This document shows positions 6,685 through 17,032 of a DNA stretch of 64,000 nucleotides, piece after piece. Position numbers and translations under genes: made by a program. Numbering within the stretch: the first letter of the stretch is position 1; every line of letters starts with the position of its first letter. Under the pieces are notes generated by a model. The model was given only the letters and a program-made list of their open reading frames with translations. It made no database searches and had not been told where the DNA came from. Origin of the DNA: an uncultured Clostridia bacterium (GTDB lineage: Bacteria > Bacillota > Clostridia > Christensenellales > Borkfalkiaceae); assembly GCA_947631325.1 (NCBI GenBank), contig CANRKX010000001.1, positions 12,450 to 76,449 on the forward strand. Reading direction: 5' to 3'.

Positions 6685-9126
6685 TTATTTTTCGGGCTTT
6701 GCGGTTAAACTCTTCAAGTTCCAAATGTTTGCCGCATATTCCGAAATGCTTCTGTCCGCCGCGAAAATTCCCGCTGCCGCGATATTTCTTAGCGACTTTT
6801 TGTTCCATTCCGTCTTATTGGAAACATAGAGTTCGGAAACTTTATGTTGGGTGTTGCTGTATGCCGCAAAATCTGCCATGCACATATACGGGTCTGCCAC
6901 GGGCGAACCTGTCAAAAGATAATTTGCGATATCCGCGAATGACTGACCGTTGAAGCCGATTATCAGCGCTTCGATAATTCTACGCAATTTGGGGGATTCG
7001 TTATAGAATTTACTCGAGCTGTAACCGTTGCGCCATATTTCATCGACTTCGTTTGACTTGTAGCCGAAGATGAAGATATTCTCCTCTCCCACGGCTTGCG
7101 CCATTTCAACGTTAGCGCCGTCAAGAGTGCCTATCGTGAGCGCGCCGTTTATCATGAATTTCATGTTGCCCGTGCCGCTCGCTTCCTTGCCTGCAAGCGA
7201 TATCTGCTCTGAAACTTCGCTCGCGGGCATCAGTTTTTCGGACATCGTGACGTTGTAGTCTTCCATGTAGACGACATTTAACTTCTTGTTGATTTCGGGG
7301 TGCGACTTGATATCTTCGGCGAGATAATTGATAAGTTTGATAATTTTCTTCGCCATATCATATCCGGGCGCCGCCTTTGCACCGAAAATGTACGTCTTGG
7401 GCACAATATCCATATTGGGATTGTCAAGAAGATCGAGATAGGTGTCGATAATGTTCAACACATTGAGCAGCTGACGCTTGTATTCGTGAAGTCGCTTTGC
7501 CTGTACGTCGAATAACGTGTCGGGGTCGATTATAACTCCCTGCTTCTTCTTCGCATATTCGGCAAACTGACGCTTTTTAATCTTTTTGATTTCGTCAAGA
7601 CGCTTTAATACAGTCTGGTCGTTTTCGAATTTTTTAAATTCCGCAAGCTGTTCGCCGTGCAATACATAGCCGTCGCCGATACATTCGTTTAAAAGTTCGG
7701 CAAGCTCGGGATTGGATTGGTTGAGCCAACGCCTGTGTGCAATGCCGTTTGTGACGTTTGTGAACTTTTCGGGCGTAAAATCATAGAAATCCTTGAATAC
7801 AGACGTCTTTATGATTTCGCTGTGCAGAGCCGAAACGCCGTTGACGCTGTGACCGCCGTACACGCAAAGATTTGCCATCTTGACTCTGTCGTGTTCGATT
7901 ATCGACATTCTCGAAATCTTCGCCCACTCTCCGGGGAATTTATCCCAAAGTTGCTCGCAAAGACGCCTGTTTATTTCCTTTATTATGGAATGTATTCTGG
8001 GGATTGTTCTATTAATAAGATCTTCGTTCCACGTTTCCAACGCTTCCGCCAAAACCGTGTGGTTTGTATATGCGCAGGTTGACGTGGTGATTGCCCATGC
8101 CTGATTCCAATCGTAATAATATTCGTCGATAAGTATTCTCATGAGCTCGGGGATTGCAAGCGCGGGGTGCGTATCGTTAAGGTGAATTGCCGCAAGTTTG
8201 GGCAAATCCCTCAAATCGCCGTATCTGTGCTTGTGGTCCTCCACTATGTTCTGAATGGACGCCGAACACAGGAAATACTGCTGTTTAAGGCGCAACGACT
8301 TGCCCGCATTGTGGTTGTCTGCGGGGTACAAAACCTTGGTCAGTAGGTCTGCGTCGTTGTCGTTTGACATCGCCTGATAGTATTCGCCCTGCGAAAAGAG
8401 CTTCATGTTGAAGTCCTGCACAGGCTTAGCTTTCCAGAGCCTTAAGACGGAAACGGCTTCGCTGTCCTTGCCCGAAATCATCATATCGTAAGCGACAGCT
8501 TGAATTTCATTGCAGTTAACATAGTTGGTCTGTAAGCCGTTTTCCGTCCACTGCTCATCTATCTGTCCGTTGAAGCGGACGATAAAGTTCTTATCTGTTC
8601 TTTGGGTCAGCCATACTTCACCGCCGGGGAGCCAAGCGTCAGGCAATTCGATTTGCCATCCGTCAACAATCTTTTGCTTGAATAGCCCGTACTCGTAGCG
8701 GAGCGAATAGCCCATTGCGGGGTAATTGCCCGTTGCAAGCGCATCCATAAAGCACGCGGCAAGCCTGCCCAATCCACCATTGCCCAAACCTGCGTCGGGT
8801 TCGCGCTCATACAGATCCTCAAGTTTTAATCCGTATGACGCAACCGCCTTTTCAAAGATAGGTACGACGCTCAGGTTGTACAGGCTGTTTTTCAGCGAAC
8901 GCCCGAGAAGGAACTCCATGCAGAGATAATAAACCCTCTTTGCGCGCTTAGCCTTGACCTTTTTATGGAATTGTTGGCGTTTTTCAAGTAAGATGTCTCT
9001 TACTACCATTACCACGGCTTTATAAATCTGGTCTTTGGAAGCTTCGGACGGGGCAACTCCGAAATACCTCGCCAATTTGCCCTTGATTTGGTCCTTTACT
9101 TCCTTTTCGGTAATAGCTGTACTCAT
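6685..9126 (-). CDS. glgP: Glycogen/maltodextrin phosphorylase
   Basis: 813 aa, GT35 signatures (EPDAGLGNGGLGRLAACF, PLP-site EASGTGNMKFMINGA). AGGAG RBS. Confidence 0.95.
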   Translation of the reverse strand: MSTAITEKEVKDQIKGKLARYFGVAPSEASKDQIYKAVVMVVRDILLEKRQQFHKKVKAKRAKRVYYLCMEFLLGRSLKNSLYNLSVVPIFEKAVASYGLKLEDLYEREPDAGLGNGGLGRLAACFMDALATGNYPAMGYSLRYEYGLFKQKIVDGWQIELPDAWLPGGEVWLTQRTDKNFIVRFNGQIDEQWTENGLQTNYVNCNEIQAVAYDMMISGKDSEAVSVLRLWKAKPVQDFNMKLFSQGEYYQAMSNDNDADLLTKVLYPADNHNAGKSLRLKQQYFLCSASIQNIVEDHKHRYGDLRDLPKLAAIHLNDTHPALAIPELMRILIDEYYYDWNQAWAITTSTCAYTNHTVLAEALETWNEDLINRTIPRIHSIIKEINRRLCEQLWDKFPGEWAKISRMSIIEHDRVKMANLCVYGGHSVNGVSALHSEIIKTSVFKDFYDFTPEKFTNVTNGIAHRRWLNQSNPELAELLNECIGDGYVLHGEQLAEFKKFENDQTVLKRLDEIKKIKKRQFAEYAKKKQGVIIDPDTLFDVQAKRLHEYKRQLLNVLNIIDTYLDLLDNPNMDIVPKTYIFGAKAAPGYDMAKKIIKLINYLAEDIKSHPEINKKLNVVYMEDYNVTMSEKLMPASEVSEQISLAGKEASGTGNMKFMINGALTIGTLDGANVEMAQAVGEENIFIFGYKSNEVDEIWRNGYSSSKFYNESPKLRRIIEALIIGFNGQSFADIANYLLTGSPVADPYMCMADFAAYSNTQHKVSELYVSNKTEWNKKSLRNIAAAGIFAADRSISEYAANIWNLKSLTAKPEK

Positions 9127-9146
9127 TAATTTCTCCTAATTAAAAA

Positions 9147-10667
9147 TTATTTTAGCATATCCAAATAGAGCGCCTCATAATCTTTTGCCGAGTGACTCCA
9201 ACTGAAATCGGTCGTAGCCGCTCTGTACATAAGTTTTGACCACTCTTTTTTGTTTTTATAATCGGAGCAAGCTTCACGGATGACGTATAACATGTCGTGC
9301 GCGTTGTAATTGGAGAAAGTGTAGCCGTTTTCCAAGGGTTTGATGCTGTCATAAAGACCGCCCGTCTCCCTTACGATGGGCACCGTTCCATAGCGGCATG
9401 CAATCATCTGTGAAAGTCCGCAGGGTTCCGACTTGGAAGGCATTAAGAAAATGTCCGAACCCGAATAAATTTTTCTCGATAAATCGCCGTTAAACACAAT
9501 GTTTGCGCTCAATTTATCGGGATATCTGTAAGCGAGATCGCGGAAATATCCCTCGAAGTGCGAGTCACCTGTGCCGAGAATAACTACTTGAACGTCGTCC
9601 TGCAACAAATCTTCGATAACCGCGGTCACAAGGTCGAGCCCCTTGTGCGAAACAAGCCTTGAAACCATAGAAATTATTGGTGTATCGGGCTTTTCGGGCA
9701 AGCCGAGCATCTTCTGCAATTCCTTCTTGCAGACCGCTTTGTTGGCGAAGTTGTCGGGCGTGAAGTTGGCAAACAGGTGGCTGTCGAGCGCGCAATTGTA
9801 GCTCACGTCGTCTATTCCGTTCAAAATTCCCGTAAGTTTAAACTCGTTTTTCCTTATAATGGGGTCAAGCCCGTGCGCGTAATAGGGATCTTTTATCTCT
9901 TCCGCATATCTCGGGCTGACTGTCGAAAATCTTTCGCAGACCTCGATCGCACCCTTCATAAGGTTGATTGAGTTGTTGTACTCAACGAGATATTGATAGC
10001 TTCCGTAAATATCGAACAGGTCGCCCAATAAATCGAGCGAATACTGTCCTTGATATTCTATGTTGTGAATGGTGAAAAGCGCTCTTATATACTGGTACTC
10101 TTCCCTGAAACAGTAATTTGTTTTAAGGTAGATTGCGGCGAGCGCAGCCTGCCAATCGTGGCAGTGCATAACGTCGGGATAGAAATTGAGGAAAGGCATT
10201 ATTTCGAGAACGCTTCTCGAGAAGAACGCAAACCTCTCGCCGTCGTCATAGTAGCCATAGCAACCGGGGCGCTTGAAATAGAATTCGTTGTCGATGAAAT
10301 AGAAGGTAACGCCGTCCTTGACATAGGAGAATATGCCGCAGTACTGATTACGCCATGCAAGATGTACGTAAAGATTGCCGAGGTATGTGAACTGCTCCCT
10401 ATACTCCTTTTTGATATCCGAGTAAAGGGGAATTACCACCCTCACGTCATATTTTCCCGTCGCCGCAAGCGCCTTTGAAAGCGAACCTATAACTTCCGCA
10501 AGTCCGCCCGTTGCGATAAAGGGCGTCGATTCGGACGCAACGAAAAGTATCTTCTTTTTCTCATCCGACTGCTTAGCCGCAACCTTTTGGGTTGCGGTCT
10601 TTGCAGTCGTGGTTGTCTTTTTGGTAGCGGTTTTTTTGGTTGCCGCTGTGGTCTTGGTTGTAGCCAT
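9147..10667 (-). CDS. glgA: Glycogen synthase (ADP-glucose type) with a T/K/A-rich N-terminal extension
   Basis: The core starts KILFVASESTPFIATGGLAEV, and PSKSEPCGLSQM is present. About 38 extra N-terminal residues. A strong GGGGGA RBS precedes ATG 10667. Confidence 0.95.
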   Translation of the reverse strand: MATTKTTAATKKTATKKTTTTAKTATQKVAAKQSDEKKKILFVASESTPFIATGGLAEVIGSLSKALAATGKYDVRVVIPLYSDIKKEYREQFTYLGNLYVHLAWRNQYCGIFSYVKDGVTFYFIDNEFYFKRPGCYGYYDDGERFAFFSRSVLEIMPFLNFYPDVMHCHDWQAALAAIYLKTNYCFREEYQYIRALFTIHNIEYQGQYSLDLLGDLFDIYGSYQYLVEYNNSINLMKGAIEVCERFSTVSPRYAEEIKDPYYAHGLDPIIRKNEFKLTGILNGIDDVSYNCALDSHLFANFTPDNFANKAVCKKELQKMLGLPEKPDTPIISMVSRLVSHKGLDLVTAVIEDLLQDDVQVVILGTGDSHFEGYFRDLAYRYPDKLSANIVFNGDLSRKIYSGSDIFLMPSKSEPCGLSQMIACRYGTVPIVRETGGLYDSIKPLENGYTFSNYNAHDMLYVIREACSDYKNKKEWSKLMYRAATTDFSWSHSAKDYEALYLDMLK

Positions 10668-10694
10668 ATTATTATCCCCCTTATTTATATTCGG

Positions 10695-11801
10695 TCAGAT
10701 GAGCGAACCCTTATTGATGAAATAGGGCTGAACTTCGCATCCCGCAAGTTCTCTCTTATCGCGGATGACCGAATTTTTATCGCTAACTACATAGGCAAGC
10801 TTGCAGTTGTCGCCGACGATGTTGTCCGTCATGAGTATGCAGTTCTTGACGACCGACCCCTTGCCTATCTTGACGCCGCGGAAGAGAACGCAGTTTTCAA
10901 CCGTTCCCTCTATCACGCAGCCGTCGGACACGAGTGAGTTTTTGACGACTGCGGAAGCCGCAAATTTAGCGGGTGCGCTGTCGTTTACCTTTGTATATAC
11001 GTCTCTGTCGCCGAAGATTTCCTGACGGACATTCTTGTCGAGCAGAGCCATATTCGCCTTGAAATAGGACTCGAGCGAGCAGATATTTGCATAATAGCCG
11101 TCGAACTTATAGGCATACAGGTTGTAAGTCTTAACGCCGGGGCTTAAAATATCCTTGCCGAAGCTTGTATAGCCGTGTTGGATTGCGTCCTGAATGAGTC
11201 TAAGAAGGAACGAAGTGCGCGCAACCATTACATTTATGTAGTTCTTCTTAACGCCCTTTCCCGTGGGATTAATCTGTATATCGGTGATTTTGTCGTTCTT
11301 GTCGGTCTCGAACGCCATATAATAATGTGACTTAACAAGCTCATGCTCGTGATAAACCATCGTTATATCTGCATTCTTCGCGATATGCGCTTCGATAACC
11401 TTGCTGTAATCAAGTTTATATACAGCGTCGCTGTCGGCAAGCACAACAAAGTCCTCTTTAGCCTTGCGCAGGAACGCCATTGCGCCCTTCAAAGCTTCAA
11501 GACGGTTTTTATAGAGAGTTTCGGTCTCGTCGCTGTAAGGAGGAAGCAATATAAGACCGCCGTCCTTCCTTGCGAGATCCCAATACTTGCCCGAGCCGAT
11601 ATGGTCCATCAAAGATTGATAGTTGTTCTTTGTTATCATACCGACCGTGGTTATGCCGGAGTTGACCATATTGGAAAGAGCAAAGTCAACAAGGCGGTAT
11701 CTGCCGCCATAGGGAACAGAACCCGTTGAACGAACTTTAGTAAGTTCGGGTATGTCCTCTTCGTTTATACTTGAAAATATAACACCAACTGTTGTAGCCA
11801 T
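10695..11801 (-). CDS. glgD: Glucose-1-phosphate adenylyltransferase, GlgD (regulatory/non-catalytic) subunit
   Basis: A GlgC paralogue lacking the N-terminal GGxGxRL motif. Its position between glgC and glgA matches Bacillus glgBCDAP. Confidence 0.9.
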   Translation of the reverse strand: MATTVGVIFSSINEEDIPELTKVRSTGSVPYGGRYRLVDFALSNMVNSGITTVGMITKNNYQSLMDHIGSGKYWDLARKDGGLILLPPYSDETETLYKNRLEALKGAMAFLRKAKEDFVVLADSDAVYKLDYSKVIEAHIAKNADITMVYHEHELVKSHYYMAFETDKNDKITDIQINPTGKGVKKNYINVMVARTSFLLRLIQDAIQHGYTSFGKDILSPGVKTYNLYAYKFDGYYANICSLESYFKANMALLDKNVRQEIFGDRDVYTKVNDSAPAKFAASAVVKNSLVSDGCVIEGTVENCVLFRGVKIGKGSVVKNCILMTDNIVGDNCKLAYVVSDKNSVIRDKRELAGCEVQPYFINKGSLI

Positions 11802-11814
11802 TATTCTTCCCCCC

Positions 11815-13017
11815 TTATACGTTTTTATCGACTATCTCGCCTGCGGCAACCTTACCGTTTTTGCTTACGGTAATACCCCTCCCGAGAACAGTTATGCCGT
11901 TTGTCTTGCTTTCAACTTTGACAGCTTCAGCTTTGTCTGTGCCGACAACGGCCTTTTCGCATATGGTTACATCTTCGTCTACTATCGAATAGGTTACTTT
12001 CGCGCCCGCTTTTACGGTTATATTGCCCATAAGCACGCTGTCCACTACCTCTGCGCCCTTTTCGATAACGCAGTTGGTGCCTATTACCGAGTTGACTATC
12101 TTGCCCTCAATCTCGCCGCCGGTCGCAACGATGGAATTGATGACTTCGCCCTCGACGAACGCGGGAGGCGCGAGCGGGCTCCTCGAATGGATAACTCTGT
12201 CTGTATCCGTAAGTTCGAAGTTGGGAACAACGCCGAGAAGGTCCATATTTGCTTCCCAAAGCGAGCTTATCGTGCCGACGTCCTTCCAATAGCCCTCGAA
12301 GCGGTAAGAATACATCTTTTCGCCCGCATTGAGCATTGCGGGAAGGACGTTCTTGCCGAAATCCTTTTCGGAATCGGGGTTTTTGTCGTCCTCTTCAAGA
12401 TATTTGAAGAGCTTGGACGCCGTAAATATATAGATACCCATCGAAGCGAGGTCGCTCTTGGGCTGTTTGGGCTTTTCCTCAAATTCGTATATTGTGCCGT
12501 CGGGATTGGTGTTGAGAATACCAAATCTCGAAGCTTCCTTCATGGGAACCTGCATGCAGGCAATCGTGCAGTCTGCGTTTGCGGCTTTGTGAGCGGCAAG
12601 CATCTTGTCGTAATCCATCTTATAGATATGGTCGCCCGAAAGTATGAGAACGTACTCGGGGTCATACATCTTCATGAACCTTATGTTCTGATAGATCGCG
12701 TTTGCGGTGCCTTTATACCATGAAGTATCCTTCTTTGCCTCATAGGGCGAAAGGATATGCACTCCGCCGAAAGTTCTGTCGAGGTCCCAAGGCTGACCGT
12801 TTCCGACATACTCGTTGAGTACCAAAGGTTGATACTGTGTAAGTACGCCTACCGTGTCAATACCCGAATTGATGCAGTTCGAAAGCGGGAAATCAATAAT
12901 TCTGTACTTCGCGCCGAACGAAACTGCGGGTTTTGCTATGTTGCTGGTGAGAGCATAAAGTCTGCTGCCCTGCCCTCCTGCAAGCAACATAGCAACGCAT
13001 TCTTTTTTTCTTAGCAT
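11815..13017 (-). CDS. glgC: Glucose-1-phosphate adenylyltransferase
   Basis: [25 protein letters not shown] and the left-handed beta-helix C-terminus. The GGGGGA RBS fits ATG 13017 rather than 13032. Confidence 0.95.
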   Translation of the reverse strand: MLRKKECVAMLLAGGQGSRLYALTSNIAKPAVSFGAKYRIIDFPLSNCINSGIDTVGVLTQYQPLVLNEYVGNGQPWDLDRTFGGVHILSPYEAKKDTSWYKGTANAIYQNIRFMKMYDPEYVLILSGDHIYKMDYDKMLAAHKAANADCTIACMQVPMKEASRFGILNTNPDGTIYEFEEKPKQPKSDLASMGIYIFTASKLFKYLEEDDKNPDSEKDFGKNVLPAMLNAGEKMYSYRFEGYWKDVGTISSLWEANMDLLGVVPNFELTDTDRVIHSRSPLAPPAFVEGEVINSIVATGGEIEGKIVNSVIGTNCVIEKGAEVVDSVLMGNITVKAGAKVTYSIVDEDVTICEKAVVGTDKAEAVKVESKTNGITVLGRGITVSKNGKVAAGEIVDKNV

Positions 13018-13036
13018 TGCTAAATCCCCCAAAAAA

Positions 13037-14884
13037 TTATTTTTCTTTTATTAAATACATACAAGTCAGTTTGGGAATATCCACAAAAAGGGTATATTTC
13101 TTGCCGTGACTCGTTTGCTTCCTCGTATAGAAAACCTTCTTTTTGAGTGCGCCGTTACCGCCGTACTTCTTCTCGTCCGTGTTGAAAACTATCCTGTATT
13201 TGCCCTTCTCTGCACCTATGCCGTATCCCTTATGCTCCACTCCCGAAAAATTGACGACAACCGTCAGGCTTTCGCCGTTCGGGGCATATCTGTTGAAGGC
13301 GATCATATTGTTGAATTTATCATCGACGACCAGCCATTCAAAACCCTTCCAATCGAAGTCGTCGCCGTAAAGCGGGGTGCAATCTGAATAAAAATGATTT
13401 AAATCCTTTACAAATTGCTGCATTTTGGCGTGTTTTTCATATGATGTCAGGAAAAACTCAATGCCCGCCTTGTAGTCCCACTCCTTGAATTGCGCCACTT
13501 CATAGCCCATGAAGTTGAGCTTTTTGCCGGGGTGGGCGAACATATAGGCAAGCAGCTCTCTCTCGCCCGCGAATTTGTCGGCGTATTCGCCCGGCATCTT
13601 GTTGACTATCGAACCCTTTACATGTACAACCTCGTCGTGCGAAAGGGGAAGAACGTATCTCTCGTTAAAGGCGTACATTAAGGAAAAGGTTATTTTGACG
13701 TGGTGATGATTTCTGAAATAGGGATCCTGCCTGCAATAAAACAACACGTCGTTCATCCAACCCATATTCCATTTATAGTCAAAGCCGAGTCCGCCCTCTT
13801 CCACCTTTCTCGTCACGCCGTCGAAACTCGTCGATTCCTCCGCAACGGTCAGAACACCGGGGAATTCGCGCTTTAAAACGCTGTTGAACTTTTTTATGAA
13901 TTCTATTGCTTCGAGGTTGCGGTTATCGCCGTATTTATTGGGGGTAAAATCGCCGAAATCCCTGTCGTAATCAAGATAGAGCATGGAAGCGACTGCGTCC
14001 ACTCTCAGTCCGTCTATGCCGAATTTTTCGATAAAATAGTGAGCGGACGACAGTAAAAAGCTGTCAACCTCTCCCCTGCCGAAGTCAAATCTTCTCGTGC
14101 CCCAGCCGCTGTGTTCCATTCTGTCCCAAAGCGGGCACTCATACAGTGGTTGTCCGTCGAATTCGTATAGTCCGAAATCGTCCTTGGGGAAGTGCGCGGG
14201 CACCCAATCCATTATGACTTTAATGCCGTTTTTATGAAAGGCGTTGATAAGCGATAGGAACTGTTCGGGTGTGCCGAGTCGGGCTGTCGGGGCGAAATAA
14301 CCCGTGACCTGATATCCCCACGACCCGTCATAGGGAAATTCGGTGACAGGCATGAACTCTACATGCGTATAGCCCATATCCTTTATATATGGCACAAGCT
14401 CCCGTTCGAGCTCTTCGTATGTAAAGTAGCTTCCGTCATCATGGCGCTTCCATGACAGCAGGCTTACTTCATAAATGTTTACGGGCAAGTTGTAGTCGGT
14501 CGCAATTTCAAGCGATTTGTTATCGACTTTTTTAATTTGGTCGCTAACGACAGAATAAAAGCTGTTGGGAATGTCGGTGCGGAACGCATACGGGTCGGAT
14601 TTTTTTAATTGCCTGCCGTCGTATGTGGAAATGAGATAGGCGTATCTCTGCCCCGCCTCCGCCGCCGTTGAAATCTCGAAGCTCTCGCCGTCGGGAAGGC
14701 GTTCCATTTGGTCGCTTGTTTCGTTCCAATTATTGAAATCGCCGATAAGGTTTATCTTGCATGCGTGCGGAGCCCAGACGCGGAAAATATATTTTCCGTC
14801 GTTCTGCCTGTGACAGCCGAAAAATTCATATGATTTAAACGATTGCCCGCTATGGAATTTTTCAAGTTCCGCATACGAGGACAT
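13037..14884 (-). CDS. glgB: 1,4-alpha-glucan branching enzyme
   Basis: GH13 motifs ([28 protein letters not shown]), 615 aa. Confidence 0.95.
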   Translation of the reverse strand: MSSYAELEKFHSGQSFKSYEFFGCHRQNDGKYIFRVWAPHACKINLIGDFNNWNETSDQMERLPDGESFEISTAAEAGQRYAYLISTYDGRQLKKSDPYAFRTDIPNSFYSVVSDQIKKVDNKSLEIATDYNLPVNIYEVSLLSWKRHDDGSYFTYEELERELVPYIKDMGYTHVEFMPVTEFPYDGSWGYQVTGYFAPTARLGTPEQFLSLINAFHKNGIKVIMDWVPAHFPKDDFGLYEFDGQPLYECPLWDRMEHSGWGTRRFDFGRGEVDSFLLSSAHYFIEKFGIDGLRVDAVASMLYLDYDRDFGDFTPNKYGDNRNLEAIEFIKKFNSVLKREFPGVLTVAEESTSFDGVTRKVEEGGLGFDYKWNMGWMNDVLFYCRQDPYFRNHHHVKITFSLMYAFNERYVLPLSHDEVVHVKGSIVNKMPGEYADKFAGERELLAYMFAHPGKKLNFMGYEVAQFKEWDYKAGIEFFLTSYEKHAKMQQFVKDLNHFYSDCTPLYGDDFDWKGFEWLVVDDKFNNMIAFNRYAPNGESLTVVVNFSGVEHKGYGIGAEKGKYRIVFNTDEKKYGGNGALKKKVFYTRKQTSHGKKYTLFVDIPKLTCMYLIKEK

Positions 14885-14906
14885 AATGCCTTACCATACC
14901 TAATTT

Positions 14907-14935
14907 ATTCTATCATATTACGGAAAATTTTTCAA
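14907..14935 (-). promoter_or_regulatory. Candidate glg operon promoter
   Basis: On the minus strand: TTGAAA (14935-14930), 17-nt spacer, TAGAAT (14912-14907). Confidence 0.55.
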
Positions 14936-15000
14936 GACGGAAATCAAAAAAAATATAATTATTTTGATTATTTAGGCTGTTCTTTTCAAAATTATTATAT

Positions 15001-15035
15001 AAAAAACTACCGCCCCGCGAATTTATGCGGAGCGG
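15001..15035 (-). terminator. Rho-independent terminator after htpG
   Basis: Stem ccgccccgc/gcggagcgg with one mismatch, followed on the minus strand by TAGTTTTTT. Confidence 0.7.
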
Positions 15036-15050
15036 CATTGATTAATTAAA

Positions 15051-16898
15051 TTATCCGACGTAATTATCGAGCAACGTCATATTGAATTTTCTGAACTTTT
15101 CAAGCTCTTCGGGGGTGAGCTTTCTGAAAGACGACAGCGCAATCAAATAGACGAACTCTGCGGTGAATTTTTGCTTTTCTTCGTCTAAATTTTTGATTTT
15201 TGCAACCGCAGGGCATGCAGTGTTTACAATCAGCGTCTTGTTGAGATTGCCGTCGCTCATTCCGTAAAACTGCCCCATTTCTGTGTATCTTCTCATGTAT
15301 TCGTCTACGACAATCATAGCGGGAACGTCGGTATTTTTCAGACTTTCGCACTTTACGGCAACACTTTCCTGCCCGATATATTTTTTGAATATATCGGCAA
15401 TGCCGTTGTCCTCTGCGCCCCCTTCCGACTTCAACGCGCCGTCAACGTCGGCGTCTATTCTGACGAATTTAACCTTTTCGGGCATTTTGTATTCAAGATA
15501 ACTCAAAAAGTGCGGGTCGATAAAGTTATCGCAAAGTATTGCGTTCAACCCCTCATCCTTGAAGAGTTTTATATACTGTGCCTGTTGGTTTTCGTCCGAA
15601 ACATAGTAAACGGTGGTTTGCTTTGTCTCTTTTTTATCCTTATGATCCTCGGGCTTATTATCTGTGCCGTCGCCGTTTTCCGTCTCTTCAGTCTTGGGCA
15701 AGAGGTCGGAAATAGACGTAAATTTGCCGTTGATATCCTTATAAATTATGATATCTTTGACTTTATCATAGAATTCATCGTCCTTAATGCAGCCGAATTT
15801 AATGAAGTTTGCGATATCTTCCCAGCACTTTTCATACTTGTCGCGGTCGGTTTTGTAGAGTGAAGATAGCTTGTCCGCAACCTTTTTGGTGATATGCTTG
15901 CTTATCTTCTGCACCTGCCTGTCGTTCTGCAAAAATGAGCGCGAAACGTTCAAGGGGATATCGGGGCAATCTATAACGCCGTTCAAAAGCATCAGAAATT
16001 CTGGGATAACTTCCTTTATGTTGTCGGCGATGAATACCTGATTGCAGTAAAGTTTAACCTTGCCCCTCTCAAGTTCCAGCTTGTTTTTTACTTTGGGGAA
16101 ATAGAGTATTCCCTTTAACTTGAAGGGATAATCCATATTGAGGTGCACCCAGAAAATGGGCTCGTTGTAGTCCATGAAGGTGTCTGTATAGAACTTTTTA
16201 TATTCCTCTTCTGTGCAGTCCTTGGGTGCCTTTGCATACAGCGGCAACGTCGAATTCAAAGGCTCGTCCTTTCCGTCGCCCTTGAAATTCACATAAACGT
16301 TGTAGGGCATGAACGAGCAATACTTTTTGACAAGCCCCTTAATTGTGCCCTCTTCGAGAAATTCCTTCTCCTCGGGCGCGATATGCATTATTATTTTTGT
16401 GCCGCGGCTGTCTTTATCGCACTCCTCTATGCTGTAAGTCGAGTTGCCGTCCGATTCCCAATGCACGGCGGGCTCGTCTTTATATGATTTGGTTATGATT
16501 TCGACGTTCTCAGATACCATATACGCCGAATAGAAGCCCAAGCCGAAGTGCCCGATTATTCCGTCGCCGCCCGCTTTTTCATATTTTTCGAGGAAGTCCG
16601 AAGCCCCCGAAAAGGCGATTTGAGTTATATAATTTTCCACCTCTTCGGCGGTCATTCCTATGCCGTTGTCCTCAACGGTCAAAGTCTTTGCCTTTTTATC
16701 GGTGGATATCTTTATAAAATATCCGCCCTCGTCCTCGCTTGTCTCGCCCATCGAAGCGAGCTTTTTATACTTTGTGATTGCGTCAATGCCGTTTGCCACT
16801 ATTTCGCGAAGAAAAATGTCCTTGTCGGAATAGAGCCATTTCTTGATTATCGGCATCATGTTTTCGCTTGAAATTCTGATATTGCCTTCTCTTTTCAT
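15051..16898 (-). CDS. htpG: Molecular chaperone HtpG (Hsp90)
   Basis: GHKL ATPase motifs (EIVANGIDA, DNGIGM, GHFGLGFYS). GGAGGA RBS precedes ATG 16898; the longer start at 16952 has none. Confidence 0.95.
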   Translation of the reverse strand: MKREGNIRISSENMMPIIKKWLYSDKDIFLREIVANGIDAITKYKKLASMGETSEDEGGYFIKISTDKKAKTLTVEDNGIGMTAEEVENYITQIAFSGASDFLEKYEKAGGDGIIGHFGLGFYSAYMVSENVEIITKSYKDEPAVHWESDGNSTYSIEECDKDSRGTKIIMHIAPEEKEFLEEGTIKGLVKKYCSFMPYNVYVNFKGDGKDEPLNSTLPLYAKAPKDCTEEEYKKFYTDTFMDYNEPIFWVHLNMDYPFKLKGILYFPKVKNKLELERGKVKLYCNQVFIADNIKEVIPEFLMLLNGVIDCPDIPLNVSRSFLQNDRQVQKISKHITKKVADKLSSLYKTDRDKYEKCWEDIANFIKFGCIKDDEFYDKVKDIIIYKDINGKFTSISDLLPKTEETENGDGTDNKPEDHKDKKETKQTTVYYVSDENQQAQYIKLFKDEGLNAILCDNFIDPHFLSYLEYKMPEKVKFVRIDADVDGALKSEGGAEDNGIADIFKKYIGQESVAVKCESLKNTDVPAMIVVDEYMRRYTEMGQFYGMSDGNLNKTLIVNTACPAVAKIKNLDEEKQKFTAEFVYLIALSSFRKLTPEELEKFRKFNMTLLDNYVG

Positions 16899-17032
16899 GT
16901 CGTCCTCCACTTTAAATTCATTATTATATATAAACTCAAAAAGTTGTGACAAAACCGTTCGGCAAATATTTATATATATAAATGCGGCGTAAAAATTAAA
17001 AAGCAGAGCCCCAAGCCCCGCTTTACATTAAT

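Noticed and set aside
11752-12723. 323-aa plus-strand ORF
   Set aside because: It is antisense to glgD/glgC, has no motif or RBS, and spans the glgC-glgD junction.
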